A DNA stretch of 63,557 bases from Acidimicrobiales bacterium (GCA_003243955.1 QHCE01000055.1:1-63557); one strand, 5' to 3'; shown: positions 20,032 through 32,785, counted from the stretch's first letter. Notes: a model not told the origin generated them from the sequence alone. Numbers and translations: made by a program.

Positions 20032-20402
20032 TCATCGGTACAGGCATCGATGTCGTTCTGGTGCAGCGGTTTGCCGCCGCGCTCAAGCGCACACCGTTGC
20101 TGGCTGAGCGTTTATTCACTGAAGCTGAGCGGCTCACCGTATCCGGCAACCCGCGTTCGTCAGAGTCGCTTGCGGCCCGATTTGCGGCCAAGGAAGCGGT
20201 AGCTAAGGCGCTGGGCGTGCCCGGCGGCTTGCAGTGGCACGACTGCGAAGTGGTAACAGATTCCGATGGGCGGCCGTGGCTTACCACGACCGGTACCGTC
20301 TCGGCTGCCGCGGCCGCGCTGGGCATCACGCGCTGGCACCTCTCGCTTTCCCATGACGGTGGCATAGCTTCCGCCACGGTAATCGCCGAGGGTGAAGGCT
20401 GA
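20028..20402 (+). CDS. acpS: Holo-ACP synthase
   Basis: [32 protein letters not shown]. Confidence 0.96.
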   Translation: MIIGTGIDVVLVQRFAAALKRTPLLAERLFTEAERLTVSGNPRSSESLAARFAAKEAVAKALGVPGGLQWHDCEVVTDSDGRPWLTTTGTVSAAAAALGITRWHLSLSHDGGIASATVIAEGEG

Positions 20403-20408
20403 GCTCTC

Positions 20409-22064
20409 GTGAGCACTGCTCGGTTAGATTCCACGGACACGTCGCACGCCGCGTGGTCGGTGGCCGCGGTACGAGCGGCTGAGAATCGGGTGCTCGCTAC
20501 GTTGCCTGAAGGCACTCTCATGGCGCGCGCGGCATATGGGCTAGCCCATGAGTGCATACAGTTATTGCGCGGCTATGGGCACCGGTTATATGGCGCTCGG
20601 GTGATCGTGCTGGCTGGGAGCGGCAACAATGGCGGTGACGCGCTGTATGCGTCCGCCCAGCTTGCTCGCCGCGGAGCGGCTGTTACCGCAGTGCTGGCTG
20701 CCGATCATCAGGCTAGGGTGCATTCGGCGGCTCTGAACGCGTTACACGCCGCAGGTGGACGATCTGTGCTGGCTAGCTCGCAGCACGGACACGCGTTACC
20801 GTGCGACGCTGAACTGATCATCGACGGACTCGTAGGCATGGGCATGGTCGGTGCGCTCCGCGGCTCGGCGGCGGAGTTGGTGCAAGCCGCTCAGGTGGCC
20901 AAAGAACGAGGCAGCCTAGTAGTGGCGGCTGATATTCCAAGCGGCGTGAATGCCGATACTGGCGAGGTCGACAATCCCGCGGCCACGATCGACGCGGATG
21001 TTACGGTCACCTTTGGGTGCGCCAAACCTGGACTGCTGTTGGCTCCTGGCGCCCATCGCGCGGGTGCGTTGCGTGTTGTGCCGATTGGCATGGAGAATGC
21101 GCTGACCGAACATGCCATCCCGGTGCTTGTGGCCGGTAGCGGCGAGGAAGCCCGGCGTAGCTGGCCACGACCCCAGCCCGATGATGACAAATACGATCGC
21201 GGTGTCTTGGGTATTGCCGCCGGTTCCACGACGTATCCAGGCGCGGCGCTGCTGGCGGCTGGCGGTGCGTTGGCAGGACCGATCGGCGCGCTGCGCTGCG
21301 TCATAGGCCAGGCAAGCTCGGCAGCCGGGATACTGGCCCGTTACCCAGAAGCGCTTGTCACGCCCACCTTCGAGGCCACCGGCCGAGTCCAGGCGTGGGT
21401 TGTTGGGCCAGGCCTGGATACCGACGATCGCGCCGAGCGGACGCTACGCAATGTGCTCGGCGCGCGGCTACCCACGGTGATCGACGGCGACGCTCTCACG
21501 CTACTGGCGCGCATGATTGCTGGGGGCTTCCAGCTGCGTGCTGGCGCGCACGGGGTTAGCGATGCCGCTAACCCCGTAGCTGGAGCCGGCATCGTGCTGA
21601 CACCGCACCGACGAGAGTTCGCGCGCCTGATAACAGCACTGGGTAAACCCGGAGAGTCTGAGCATCCGCTGGCTGCGGCACGCCGCCTCGCGGATTTTCT
21701 GGGCGTCACGGTGTTACTCAAGGGAGCACGCACCCTCATTGTGAGCCCGGGAGAGATACCGCGCGTGAACCTTACTGGGTCCCCGGCGCTGGCCACAGCC
21801 GGCTCGGGCGACGTGCTGGCCGGCCTGCTGGGCGCGCTGTTGGCCGCCGGCTGTCAACCGCACGCAGCCGCGGGCATAGCCGCTTACGTACATGGTCTTG
21901 CGGGTCAGCGAGCGGAACTAAACGGCACGGTCACCGCGTCCGCGCTTGTGCGAGAACTACCGACTGTAGTCGCTAGGCTGGTCAACCCCTTACGACAACT
22001 AGACACTAGTTGTCGTAAGGGGACCGCTGGGGTTTCGTCCCCGTTGAGGATAGTCCACACTTAG
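20409..22064 (+). CDS. nnr: Bifunctional NAD(P)HX epimerase/dehydratase
   Basis: GSGNNGGD, DIPSG, LTPH..EF, LATAGSGDVLAG. Confidence 0.93.
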   Translation: MSTARLDSTDTSHAAWSVAAVRAAENRVLATLPEGTLMARAAYGLAHECIQLLRGYGHRLYGARVIVLAGSGNNGGDALYASAQLARRGAAVTAVLAADHQARVHSAALNALHAAGGRSVLASSQHGHALPCDAELIIDGLVGMGMVGALRGSAAELVQAAQVAKERGSLVVAADIPSGVNADTGEVDNPAATIDADVTVTFGCAKPGLLLAPGAHRAGALRVVPIGMENALTEHAIPVLVAGSGEEARRSWPRPQPDDDKYDRGVLGIAAGSTTYPGAALLAAGGALAGPIGALRCVIGQASSAAGILARYPEALVTPTFEATGRVQAWVVGPGLDTDDRAERTLRNVLGARLPTVIDGDALTLLARMIAGGFQLRAGAHGVSDAANPVAGAGIVLTPHRREFARLITALGKPGESEHPLAAARRLADFLGVTVLLKGARTLIVSPGEIPRVNLTGSPALATAGSGDVLAGLLGALLAAGCQPHAAAGIAAYVHGLAGQRAELNGTVTASALVRELPTVVARLVNPLRQLDTSCRKGTAGVSSPLRIVHT

Positions 22065-22069
22065 TCAGC

Positions 22070-23197
22070 ATGGCACAAACAGAAGCAGTCATCGATCTGG
22101 CGGCCATTCGCTCCAATACCGCGCATTTACGTGCTAACACCTCAGCCGAAGTCATGGCGGTGGTGAAGGCAAACGGCTATGGGCATGGCGCCGTGCAAGC
22201 GGCTACGGCCGCGCTGGCTGGCGGGGCCAGCTGGTTAGGCGTCTGCACGATCGATGAAGCTCTCCAGCTACGCCGCGCTGGCATCACCGCCCCTATTCTG
22301 GCGTGGCTATATAGCCCTGGTCAGCCGTGGGAGCAGGCACTGGCGGCGCGAATCGACCTTTCAGTGAGCAGCGTCGAGCTACTCACACAGGTGCTTGTCG
22401 CGGCGCGCCAGACCGGTAATGCTGCGCGAGTGCATCTCAAAGCTGACACTGGTCTGTCTCGCGGCGGGGCGAGCGTGCGGCAATGGCCCGACCTCGTCAC
22501 GGCGGCCGCCAAAGCGCAAGCTGAAGGTGCGATAGAAGTCATCGGCATCTGGAGTCATTTCGCGTGTTCTGACGAGCTTGGCCATCCGTCGATCGCCGCA
22601 CAGCTACAGGTATTCGATCAAGCACTTGCTTTGGCCGGGCAGCAAGACGTACAGCCACAACTGCGACATATTGCCTGCTCCGGGGCGACGCTCACGCTAC
22701 CCGCAGCGCATTATGACCTGATCCGACCAGGCATCGCGTTGTATGGTTACTCACCAATCCCACACACATATCGCAGCTATGGGCTACGGCCAGCCATGAC
22801 GTTGCAGGCGGAGGTGATGCTGGTCAAAGACGCGCCGGTCGGTGCTGGAGTCTCCTACGGCCACCACTACACAACGGCCCGCGCCACCACGCTGGCGGTG
22901 ATTCCACTGGGCTACGCCGATGGTGTGCCCCGGCATGCCAGCAATTGCGGGCCGGTGCAGCTGGGCGGCCGCCGAATGAGCATTGCTGGCACCGTATGCA
23001 TGGATCAGTTTGTAGTTGACCTTGGTGAGTCGGCTACGACAGTTGCGGCCGGAGACCGAGCAGTGCTGTTTGGGCCAGGCGACGATGGCGAGCCCAGCGC
23101 CGATGACTGGGCGGAGCTCGTAGGCACGATTAGCTATGAGCTCCTGGTACGGGTAGGCGCTCGGGTACAGCGGGTATACCGTGGCGGTGGAGTGTGA
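22070..23197 (+). CDS. alr: Alanine racemase
   Basis: AVVKANGYGHG, HLKADTG, GYADG, CMDQ. Confidence 0.97.
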   Translation: MAQTEAVIDLAAIRSNTAHLRANTSAEVMAVVKANGYGHGAVQAATAALAGGASWLGVCTIDEALQLRRAGITAPILAWLYSPGQPWEQALAARIDLSVSSVELLTQVLVAARQTGNAARVHLKADTGLSRGGASVRQWPDLVTAAAKAQAEGAIEVIGIWSHFACSDELGHPSIAAQLQVFDQALALAGQQDVQPQLRHIACSGATLTLPAAHYDLIRPGIALYGYSPIPHTYRSYGLRPAMTLQAEVMLVKDAPVGAGVSYGHHYTTARATTLAVIPLGYADGVPRHASNCGPVQLGGRRMSIAGTVCMDQFVVDLGESATTVAAGDRAVLFGPGDDGEPSADDWAELVGTISYELLVRVGARVQRVYRGGGV

Positions 23198-23691
23198 CCG
23201 AGCCTATGCTGACCACCGCCGCGACGCCAGCCCAGATGCACGCCCTTGGCGCCGCGCTGGCCACAGTGCTGCGCGCGGGCGACCTGGTGGTCTTGACTGG
23301 ACCGCTGGGGGCAGGTAAGACCGCGCTTACTCAAGGCATTGGTGCTGGCCTGGGTGTGTGCGGGGACGTATTGAGCCCCACGTTCGTCATCGCCCGAGTG
23401 CATCCGCCTGACCCGGAGCGCGGCGGTTCGCTCGCGTTGGTGCACGCCGATGCATACCGGCTTGCGGGACGACTCGAGGTCGATGACCTGGACCTTGACG
23501 CCGACCTGGCGAGCTCGGTCACTGTGGTGGAATGGGGCGCTGGCGTGGTCGAGCAGCTTTCGCCAGTCCGTCTGGAGATCACGATCAGTCCGGATCCGGT
23601 CAGTGGACGCCGCGAGTTGGAGCTCACAGCCGTCGGTGGCGACTGGGAGCAACGACTTGTGCAGTTGCACGGCCGCTTACCGGTGGTATAG
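23194..23691 (+). CDS. tsaE: t6A biosynthesis ATPase TsaE
   Basis: GPLGAGKT, SPTF, HADAYRL, VEWG. Confidence 0.95.
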   Translation: MTEPMLTTAATPAQMHALGAALATVLRAGDLVVLTGPLGAGKTALTQGIGAGLGVCGDVLSPTFVIARVHPPDPERGGSLALVHADAYRLAGRLEVDDLDLDADLASSVTVVEWGAGVVEQLSPVRLEITISPDPVSGRRELELTAVGGDWEQRLVQLHGRLPVV

Positions 23692-23727
23692 AGATACTCC
23701 TCAATGGCATAGAGGTAGGGTTCATAG

Positions 23728-24414
23728 ATGTTTGTGCTGACTCTGGACACCGCGACGCCGGCTGTTACCGCGGGAGTTGTCGAGCTTGACGGGGACGGCG
23801 CGGTGGTACTGCTAGCTGAGCGCATCACCCTAGATTCCCGTCGACACACCGAAGCGCTGTTGCCGCAGATTCGTGACTGTTTGACGCAGCTGGAGGTGTC
23901 TCCTGCCAACCTCGGCGCTGTGGTGATCGGTGTGGGACCGGGACCGTTCACTGGCCTGCGGGTAGGAGTGGCGACCGCGCAAGCGTTTGCCGATGCCGTC
24001 GAGCTGCCGCTCTATGGTGTCTGCTCACTCGATGCCCTTGCCGATGCGGCGCGGCAAGCTGAGCCATTGTTGGTTGCCACAGACGCCCGCCGCCGTGAAG
24101 TGTATTGGGCGCTCTATGGCGGAAATGGGCAACGATTAACCTCGCCCGCGGTCGATACTCCAGCGCAGCTGCGTTTGCTGCTCGATGATGGCACGGTCCA
24201 CGCGGGGTTCGCCGTGGGTGAAGGAGCCAGCATCTACGCCGACGTGTTGCAACTGCCCGTGCACTCCGTTTCGTATCCGACGTGTATCGGACTTGCACGC
24301 GGCGCGCGGGCCCGGTTGCTCGCCGGTGCGCCTAGCGAATTCCCGCGCCCGCTCTACTTGCGTCGACCCGATGCCACTCCGCAGGTCGAGGTGCGCGAAG
24401 CCGTCGCGTTATGA
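23728..24414 (+). CDS. tsaB: t6A biosynthesis protein TsaB
   Basis: LDTAT, GPGPFTGLRVG, DARRREVY, PLYLRRPDA. Confidence 0.95.
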   Translation: MFVLTLDTATPAVTAGVVELDGDGAVVLLAERITLDSRRHTEALLPQIRDCLTQLEVSPANLGAVVIGVGPGPFTGLRVGVATAQAFADAVELPLYGVCSLDALADAARQAEPLLVATDARRREVYWALYGGNGQRLTSPAVDTPAQLRLLLDDGTVHAGFAVGEGASIYADVLQLPVHSVSYPTCIGLARGARARLLAGAPSEFPRPLYLRRPDATPQVEVREAVAL

Positions 24415-25022
24415 GGAGCAATTACGTAGGAGGCTCTGCCAAAAAGGCATCTGCCAAGGCCGCAGGCGCCGCCACCTACGGAGGTAGGCAAGGTGATGAG
24501 AACACCGGTAGGGGCTTTTTAGCAGAGCCGCGGAGTTGGCCGCAGTTAACGCCGCTGCAATGGTGGGAAATTCCAGAACTGCTGCCGCTGGAACGGGAGT
24601 TATTCGGCACCGAGCAGTGGTCGGAAGCGATGTTCTGGTCAGAGCTGGCGCAGCACGATACGCGGTGGTACCGGTTAACCAGAGATGATTACGGGCGCGT
24701 GCTGGGGTACATCGGACTGTGTGTGTACAGCACCGAACAGGCTTGGGTGCAGACGCTGGCGGTCCGTGCCGATGCCCAACGTCAGGGCGTGGGTGCCGCC
24801 CTGCTGACCGCGCTGCTAGATCGTGCGTCGGTGCTGGGAGTAACTACTGTCGCACTGGAGGTGCGGGCAGACAACGTAGCAGCCACCGCGTTGTACGCGC
24901 GACACGGTTTCCAGGCCGTAGGTGTACGACCGGCCTACTACCAGCCCAGCGGCGCGGATGCACTGGTCATGATGCGCGAGGGTAGCGAGCGGATAACGCA
25001 ATCACAAAGAGCGGAGCAGTAA
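24411..25022 (+). CDS. rimI: Ribosomal-protein alanine N-acetyltransferase, with repeat-derived N-terminal insert
   Basis: [22 protein letters not shown]; between tsaB and tsaD. Confidence 0.92.
   Translation: MRSNYVGGSAKKASAKAAGAATYGGRQGDENTGRGFLAEPRSWPQLTPLQWWEIPELLPLERELFGTEQWSEAMFWSELAQHDTRWYRLTRDDYGRVLGYIGLCVYSTEQAWVQTLAVRADAQRQGVGAALLTALLDRASVLGVTTVALEVRADNVAATALYARHGFQAVGVRPAYYQPSGADALVMMREGSERITQSQRAEQ
24432..24529 (-). repeat. ~100-bp structured dispersed element, copy 1
   Basis: Terminal IR ggctctgc-c-aaaaag / cttttt-a-gcagagcc; core shared with 26693, 58807, 62536. Confidence 0.85.
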
Positions 25023-25026
25023 GCGC

Positions 25027-26100
25027 ATGACCGTGTTGGCGATGCAACCACAGAGTCCGCTCGTCCTAGGCATCGAGACCTCCTGCGACGAGACCAGTGT
25101 GGGCATTGTGCGTGGTAACACGTTGCTGGCCAATGTTGTGGCTTCCAATATGCAGTTGCATGTTCGATTTGGTGGTGTCGTCCCCGAGGTGGCGAGCCGG
25201 GCACATCTGGAAGCCATGACGCCGACGATGCACCAGGCACTCGCAGAGGCCGGGATTAAGCTAGCTGACGTTGATGCCCTCGCCGTCACCGCTGGGCCAG
25301 GTTTGGCTGGCGCGCTGATGGTGGGGATCGCGGCGGCGAAAGCCTATGCCTACGCCGCGGACAAGCCGCTGTATGGGGTAAACCACTTGTGCGGCCATGT
25401 AGCGGTGGATGTGCTTGAGCACGGCTCGATTCCTACCCCGACGATGGCGTTGTTGGTCTCGGGTGGTCATTCCTCATTGTTTCTAGTACGCGGCTTCAGT
25501 GGCTCAGCTGCCGATGTCGTCGCTGTAGGTAGCACTAGGGACGACGCTGCTGGCGAGGCATATGACAAGGTGGCGCGGCTGTTGGGCTTTGGATATCCGG
25601 GCGGCCCAGCAATAGACGCGGCTGCTCGCGGAGGTAACCCCACAGCGGTGGCTTTTCCCCGAGCGCTGACCTCGTCGGCAGATCGGAAATTCCGCCGCTT
25701 CGACTTGTCGTTTTCCGGCCTTAAGTCCGCGGTGGCGCGATACTTGCATATCCAGCAGGGCTCTGGTCAGCCGCTGGCTACAGCTGATATCGCGGCATCG
25801 TTTCAGGCGGCAGTCATTGATGTACTTACCGCCAAGGCTGTCGATGCTTGCCAGGCGTATGAGGTGAATACGCTGATCATCGCGGGGGGAGTGGCGGCCA
25901 ATTCGGCACTGCGCGCGCTGGCGGCACAGCGCTGTGCCGCGGCGGGAATCACGTTGCGTGTGCCACGGCCAGGATTGTGCACAGACAACGGAGTGATGAT
26001 TGCCGCCCTAGGAGCGCAGCTGGTCTCCTCGGGGGCTGCGCCCTCATCATGGGAAATTGGCGCGAACTCGTCACTTCCAGTGACGTGCGTACAGGTATAG
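25027..26100 (+). CDS. tsaD: t6A threonylcarbamoyltransferase TsaD
   Basis: [38 protein letters not shown]. Confidence 0.97.
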   Translation: MTVLAMQPQSPLVLGIETSCDETSVGIVRGNTLLANVVASNMQLHVRFGGVVPEVASRAHLEAMTPTMHQALAEAGIKLADVDALAVTAGPGLAGALMVGIAAAKAYAYAADKPLYGVNHLCGHVAVDVLEHGSIPTPTMALLVSGGHSSLFLVRGFSGSAADVVAVGSTRDDAAGEAYDKVARLLGFGYPGGPAIDAAARGGNPTAVAFPRALTSSADRKFRRFDLSFSGLKSAVARYLHIQQGSGQPLATADIAASFQAAVIDVLTAKAVDACQAYEVNTLIIAGGVAANSALRALAAQRCAAAGITLRVPRPGLCTDNGVMIAALGAQLVSSGAAPSSWEIGANSSLPVTCVQV

Positions 26101-26133
26101 AAGTGTTTCTGACTCCTTAAAACACGCTCGAAA

Positions 26134-26160
26134 TTGGCACTCGCCTTGACGGAGTGCTAA
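26134..26160. promoter_or_regulatory. CIRCE element (HrcA operator)
   Basis: TTGGCACTC-N9-GAGTGCTAA upstream of groES. Confidence 0.93.
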
Positions 26161-26299
26161 GTCGACGAATAAAGTCTGCATCAACTGCTCGGCACCCGCG
26201 ACGACGGGCAGTTGATGTCCACCCAGCCCGCGGCACATGCCGCAGGCTGGTATCTGCAAGCCTGAGAAAATCATTACCCCAAAGGGGGAGGATCACACT

Positions 26300-26611
26300 G
26301 TGACGACCGCGACCAAGGTCAGAATCAAACCGCTGGAAGACCGCATTGTTGTACAGGCCAATGAGGCCGAAATGACTACGGCTTCTGGCATCGTAATTCC
26401 CGACACGGCCAAAGAGAAGCCGCAAGAGGGTACCGTTATCGCTGTTGGACCAGGCCGCTTCGCCGAAGACGGTAGTGAGCGGATTCCGCTCGACGTCTCG
26501 GTGGGCGACACCGTTCTGTATTCCAAGTATGGTGGCACCGAGGTCAAGTACAACGGCGAAGAGTACCTCGTGCTCTCCGGGCGTGACGTGCTCGCGATCG
26601 TGGAGAAGTAA
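26300..26611 (+). CDS. groES: Co-chaperonin GroES
   Basis: [44 protein letters not shown] before GTG. Confidence 0.98.
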   Translation: MTTATKVRIKPLEDRIVVQANEAEMTTASGIVIPDTAKEKPQEGTVIAVGPGRFAEDGSERIPLDVSVGDTVLYSKYGGTEVKYNGEEYLVLSGRDVLAIVEK

Positions 26612-26643
26612 CTCACATCTCGACGCGCGATAGTAGTTAGCCG

Positions 26644-26686
26644 GTCGCCCTGGGGTCCACGTGTGAAGTGTGATCCCAGGGCGATC
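26644..26686 (+). terminator. Probable intrinsic terminator after groES
   Basis: tcgccctggg...cccagggcga stem followed by tcttt. Confidence 0.55.
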
Positions 26687-26692
26687 TTTGTG

Positions 26693-26798
26693 CTAAGAGC
26701 GTCCAAAAAGTCCCTGCCGGCGTTCTCGTCGCCTTGCCTACCTTCGTAGGCGGCGGCTCCTGCGGCCTTGGCAGATGCCTTTTTGCGGACGCTCTTAG
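26693..26798 (+). repeat. ~100-bp structured dispersed element, copy 2
   Basis: Terminal IR ctaagagcgtcc / ggacgctcttag with shared core. Confidence 0.88.
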
Positions 26799-26989
26799 AG
26801 GTAGCTCGTAGGCCACCTTTTGTGGCCTTGCGAACCGCTGGCGATCGGAGATAGTAGGGGCAAGGTGTATCGCAGCTTCAAGCATGCACGTAGTGTTACA
26901 TTTGCCCCCTGATCGGCTGTGCTGAGCGTCAATGCACTCAGCCCGTCGGCTTCAGGACGATCAGCTTGTGTGCTAACTGTCGATGTGTG

Positions 26990-27016
26990 CGTAACGACCC
27001 GGCCCGGAGTAACGAT
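26990..27016 (+). promoter_or_regulatory. SigD/ShbA-type autoregulatory promoter candidate
   Basis: CGTAAC-N17-CGAT immediately upstream of the sigma gene, resembling the known SigD/ShbA consensus. Confidence 0.55.
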
Positions 27017-27607
27017 ATGTATCAAGAGAGCAACGAGCTCGACATGAGCATGCTGGTTGCTCTCGCGGCTAAAGGAGACCGCGCCGCCACAGACGAACTC
27101 ATTCGTCAAATACGTCCCATGGTGGTTCGATACTGCCGAGCCAAGTTAGGTCGGTCGGGCAGTGGTTCCTACACCACGGCCGAAGATGTTACGCAGGAGG
27201 TGTGTTTCGCTGTGACACGTGCGCTGTCTCGTTACCAGGATAAGGGTAAACCTTTTTCGGCCTTTGTGTTTAAGATCGCCTCCCATAAACTCGCTGATGC
27301 TGGTCGCAGCGCGGCTCGTAGCAGAACGCAGCCGTATGAGCAAGTGCCGGATCGAGCTGCTTCGGCTGATAGTGGTCCAGAAGCTCGGGTCCTGGAGTCT
27401 GCTGAAGTTCAGCGCATACGCAAGCTAATGGCGGCGTTACCGGAGACGCATCGGGAAGTGGTCGTGCTTCGAACTTTGGTGGGGCTTTCAGCTGAAGAGA
27501 CAGGGCAGGCGCTAGGAATGAAAGCTGGTGCGGTGCGTGTTACGCAGCATCGAGCAATGAATAAACTGCGGCAGTTGTACCCCGCGACTGCGGAGGTGAC
27601 GGCATGA
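27017..27607 (+). CDS. sigD: ECF sigma factor SigD/ShbA
   Basis: [38 protein letters not shown]; conserved position before guaB. Start could be 27044. Confidence 0.88.
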   Translation: MYQESNELDMSMLVALAAKGDRAATDELIRQIRPMVVRYCRAKLGRSGSGSYTTAEDVTQEVCFAVTRALSRYQDKGKPFSAFVFKIASHKLADAGRSAARSRTQPYEQVPDRAASADSGPEARVLESAEVQRIRKLMAALPETHREVVVLRTLVGLSAEETGQALGMKAGAVRVTQHRAMNKLRQLYPATAEVTA

Positions 27608-28689
27608 ACCACTCCGAGGACGTAGGGCAGTTCGGTAGCGGTCTACCGCTGCGGGCCGCCAGTAACGGCGGCACCCACATGTACACCGACACCGACATGA
27701 CGGCCGACTCTGATTCCGATGATCTCGATGAGATGGCCCAGCTACGCGACGATGCTCTGATCAATGCTTTGGCTAAAGGTGTGCTACCAGCCGAATATGC
27801 CGCTGACCCTCTGGCGAGCGCGCTGTGGAGCTGGCGAGAGGACCTGGCCAATGGCCCAGTGGAACTGAATCCCCATGCGGTGCTATCTTCGGTGGCAACC
27901 CTCAATGCCCCGCTGGCTGTCGAGGCGGAGTTGGCTAAGATCGATAACGGCACCAATCATGCGGCGGAACGCAAAGTACTCGCGTCGAAACGGCGTTCAG
28001 GTGGGCTCGCGCGGCCTTCTAAGTCCAGCTCGATCCCATCATGGTTTCGGCTGCCCTTCAAACTAACCCAGCTGCATCTGGGGCGCCGTCTGGTGTTGAG
28101 TATGGCTGCTGCCACATTAGGTGTGGTGTCACTGGGAAGCGTGGCCGCGGCTAGCTCTGCCCAGCCCGGAGACGTGCTGTGGCCGCTGACCAAAGTAGTC
28201 AACGCCGAGCGAGCCCAGTCTTTGGAAGCGCGCGAGGAAGCGTTTGACCGGTTGCATGAAGCGCGGAGTGCGGCAAAGCAGAATAAACTCCAAACCGCAC
28301 GTGAGAGCCTGCGGATCGCCTTGTCTGACGCCGAAAAAGTGCGTGATAAGGATGGGCGCGAGCAGCTGCGCCAGCAGCTTGGGGTCATGCAGGCGCAGCT
28401 GGGTGGTCCGGCTAGCCAGACTGATCCAGCAACGTTACCTACGTCGACACCACCGCCTCCTGCACCGACACCTACACCACCGCCCCCTACGTCGACACCA
28501 CCACCACCGCCTACGTCGACACCACCGCCTCCTGCGCCGACACCTACACCACCGCCTAAGCCGCCCCCTCCGCCTAGCCCGTCGCCCAGCAGCTCACCTC
28601 CGGATTCCAGCTCGAAAACCGACGCTAAATCTCACCGCGATTCGGCCCCACCGTCGTCGAGTGGCCCCACCGAAGCATCCACCAGCTAA
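27604..28689 (+). CDS. rsdA: Anti-sigma-D factor with Pro/Thr-rich tail
   Basis: [14 protein letters not shown]-domain, [12 protein letters not shown] motif; coupled to sigD. Confidence 0.75.
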   Translation: MNHSEDVGQFGSGLPLRAASNGGTHMYTDTDMTADSDSDDLDEMAQLRDDALINALAKGVLPAEYAADPLASALWSWREDLANGPVELNPHAVLSSVATLNAPLAVEAELAKIDNGTNHAAERKVLASKRRSGGLARPSKSSSIPSWFRLPFKLTQLHLGRRLVLSMAAATLGVVSLGSVAAASSAQPGDVLWPLTKVVNAERAQSLEAREEAFDRLHEARSAAKQNKLQTARESLRIALSDAEKVRDKDGREQLRQQLGVMQAQLGGPASQTDPATLPTSTPPPPAPTPTPPPPTSTPPPPPTSTPPPPAPTPTPPPKPPPPPSPSPSSSPPDSSSKTDAKSHRDSAPPSSSGPTEASTS

Positions 28690-28822
28690 TAGATGCCGGA
28701 TGGGTGCTTTGTTGACGCTTAAGCCTGAGATTGACATCACATACCTAAAAACCTGCGGCTCGAAGTGGCTTTACCTCTTGAACGGGGTCACGAGCGATGC
28801 GGCGACCCAGTAGGGTATAGGG

Positions 28823-29197
28823 GTGCACGACGAGCCACTAGACCCATTCGCCGGGGATCCCGTTGACCCGACGTTCGTTGTGGACGCTGTAAGTGAGCAT
28901 TCCACCGCCCTCAACCCATCCGAGCGGCAGGATGTTCTCGACGACTTGGCCGACTTGGAGGCGTTCGAGTCACTGTTGTCTCCGCGGCGGATTCGTGGCT
29001 TGGTCGTGGATTGCGAAGACTGCAAGGTTCCCCACTACTTCGCATGGGACCTGCTGCGCTCCAACCTTAAACAGCTGCTTGAAGCCGGCTGTAGCCGAGT
29101 GCACGAACCGGCGTTCAACCCCGATCCCAATGACTATGTTTCGTGGGAGTATGCCCGAGGCTATGCCGACGGTACACAAGATGCGCTCGAAGAGTAA
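28823..29197 (+). CDS. Conserved actinobacterial protein (DUF5319)
   Basis: DPFAGDP, VDCEDC, HEPAFNPDP..YVSWEYARGY; upstream of guaB. Confidence 0.85.
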   Translation: MHDEPLDPFAGDPVDPTFVVDAVSEHSTALNPSERQDVLDDLADLEAFESLLSPRRIRGLVVDCEDCKVPHYFAWDLLRSNLKQLLEAGCSRVHEPAFNPDPNDYVSWEYARGYADGTQDALEE

Positions 29198-30838
<1,641 letters not shown>

Positions 30839-30846
30839 GAGCCAGC

Positions 30847-31968
30847 ATGGGCGAATTAGTGGAAATCGGCATGGGCAAAACCGCTCGTCGCGGGTACCAC
30901 CTACATCAGGTAGCCATTGTTCCGTCCCGCCGAACGAGAGACACTGATGACGTGTCCACAGCTTGGCAACTGGATGCGTTCGAGTTCACTATTCCCCTGA
31001 TGGCGCATCCCTCTGACGCCACCATGAGCCCGCAGACGGCAGTTGCGCTGGGGAAGCTCGGTGGTTTGGGTGTCCTCAATGCCGAAGGCGTGTGGACGCG
31101 CTACAGCGACCCACTGCCGTTGCTGGCCAAGCTGGCTGCCGCGGCCGATGCTGAACGTACTGCTGTGGCGCAGCAAATCTACGCGGAGCCGGTCAAGCCC
31201 GAGTTGATCACCGAGCGCATTGTTTCGATGCGCAGTGCTGGAGTGCCCATCGCGGTGCGAATCTCACCCCAGCACACGTTGGAGTACGCACCGTTGGCTG
31301 TGGCGGCGGGCGTAGATGTTCTGGTCATTCAAGGAACTATCGTTTCAGCAGAGCATGTGTGCAACACCGATGCTCCACTTAACCTTAAGCAGTTCATCGG
31401 CGAACTGGAGGTGCCAGTGGTTGTGGGCGGTTGCGCAAACTATCAAACCGCGCTGCATCTGATGCGGACCGGTGCTGCGGGCGTCATTGTGGGTATGGGT
31501 GCTAACCGTTGGATCACCAGCGACCAGGTACTGGGGATTCGGGTTCCGATGGCGACGGCGATTGCCGATGCCGCAGCGGCACGGCGTGATTATCTCGATG
31601 AGACCGGCGGACGTTATGTCCATGTGGTGGCCGATGGCGATGTGCACACCAGCGGCGATATTGGTCGGGCTATTGCGTGCGGAGCTGATGCGGTGATGCT
31701 TGGTGAGCCGCTGTCGATAGCCGCGCAAGCGCCGGGGCATGGTGCCTGGTGGCATCCGGTGTCAACGCATCCTAAGCTGCCCCGTGGTGTCATAGCTCAT
31801 GCCGCCCCGCGGCAGCCGCTTGCGGACTTGGCAGCCGTGCTGCATGGCCCCTCCGATGACCCGGGCGGCGCCCTCAACCTCTTTGGCGGCTTACGGCGAA
31901 TAATGGCCAAGACCGGCTACCGCGATGTGAAATCCTTCCAAAGGGTTGATTTGGTGCTGGACCTGTAG
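30847..31968 (+). CDS. guaB3: GuaB3-family IMP dehydrogenase-related protein
   Basis: VEIGMGKTARRGY, PSRRTRD, ALHLMRTGAAGV, DYLDETGGRYVH. Confidence 0.93.
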   Translation: MGELVEIGMGKTARRGYHLHQVAIVPSRRTRDTDDVSTAWQLDAFEFTIPLMAHPSDATMSPQTAVALGKLGGLGVLNAEGVWTRYSDPLPLLAKLAAAADAERTAVAQQIYAEPVKPELITERIVSMRSAGVPIAVRISPQHTLEYAPLAVAAGVDVLVIQGTIVSAEHVCNTDAPLNLKQFIGELEVPVVVGGCANYQTALHLMRTGAAGVIVGMGANRWITSDQVLGIRVPMATAIADAAAARRDYLDETGGRYVHVVADGDVHTSGDIGRAIACGADAVMLGEPLSIAAQAPGHGAWWHPVSTHPKLPRGVIAHAAPRQPLADLAAVLHGPSDDPGGALNLFGGLRRIMAKTGYRDVKSFQRVDLVLDL

Positions 31969-31982
31969 ATACTTTCGCGAAG

Positions 31983-32615
31983 TCATCCGCCATTTTGTTT
32001 GGCGCTTGGACTTGCGCTGGGGGTCACCGGGCTGCCGTTTGGCTGCACAGTTACGCTGGGAACTGGCGGTTCGTGCTGGTTGCCCTGCTTGCTCCGCCCG
32101 ATGAGATAGCCAATCACTCCGATGACGGCGGTGAGGGCCAGAATTACCACTAAGGCAATAAACGCACCTTTGATATCAGGACGCTTCCACGAGGCGCCCT
32201 TGGCCAACGGTGGAATTTTGCGGTGCACTCGCACTCGACCCGAGTTTTGCTTCTCGACATTCACACGCGTCCCGGTCGGAAGGAAGTCCAGTGCTGGCAC
32301 CGTGATTTTAAGCTGCTCCGGCCCATGATCGCTGACGTAGGTGATGCGAGTGTCGTAGCGCTTGGCTAGTACGCCATCAGAATTGGGCTGCCAGAGCGAA
32401 ATTGCCGCCGTGACCTTACCCGGATACAGCGCGAAGCGGCTTTGCTCTACCGCGGTTGTTTCTGCCGAGCGCTCGTCGGCAGCAATACTGGGCTCCGTCA
32501 TGCCGCGGGAGAGCGGAATCGACGGAAGTTCATCGATGTCGTCAATGCTGACGTCTGGCATTTTTGGGTAGCGCTTGCGCACCCGTCTCGGGCTGGTCAT
32601 TGCGGTCACCGCCAA
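31983..32615 (-). CDS. Hypothetical protein with one C-terminal TM
   Basis: 210 aa; hydrophobic AFIALVVILALTAVIGVIGYLI segment. Confidence 0.6.
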   Translation of the reverse strand: MAVTAMTSPRRVRKRYPKMPDVSIDDIDELPSIPLSRGMTEPSIAADERSAETTAVEQSRFALYPGKVTAAISLWQPNSDGVLAKRYDTRITYVSDHGPEQLKITVPALDFLPTGTRVNVEKQNSGRVRVHRKIPPLAKGASWKRPDIKGAFIALVVILALTAVIGVIGYLIGRSKQGNQHEPPVPSVTVQPNGSPVTPSASPSAKQNGG

Positions 32616-32686
32616 GAATCATGTCATCGCGGGTATCTCATATGACCCGTAGCTTACGGGCTGTCTAGCGAAGATTATTAATAAGG

Positions 32687-32748
32687 GGCATTTTCCGGGA
32701 AAACGCTGGTTGAAAAACAAAATTCATGACGTTTTCCCGGAAAACGCC
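32687..32748. repeat. Paired 21-bp palindrome doublet D
   Basis: ggcattttc-cgg-gaaaacgct (32687-32707) + 20 bp + gacgttttc-ccg-gaaaacgcc (32728-32748). Confidence 0.85.
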
Positions 32749-32785
32749 CCCATTTTGGGCAACCACGTGCAGTAATCTTTTTCTT

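Noticed and set aside
28437..28580. Pro/Thr coding repeats in rsdA
   Set aside because: Ordinary low-complexity extracytoplasmic linker.
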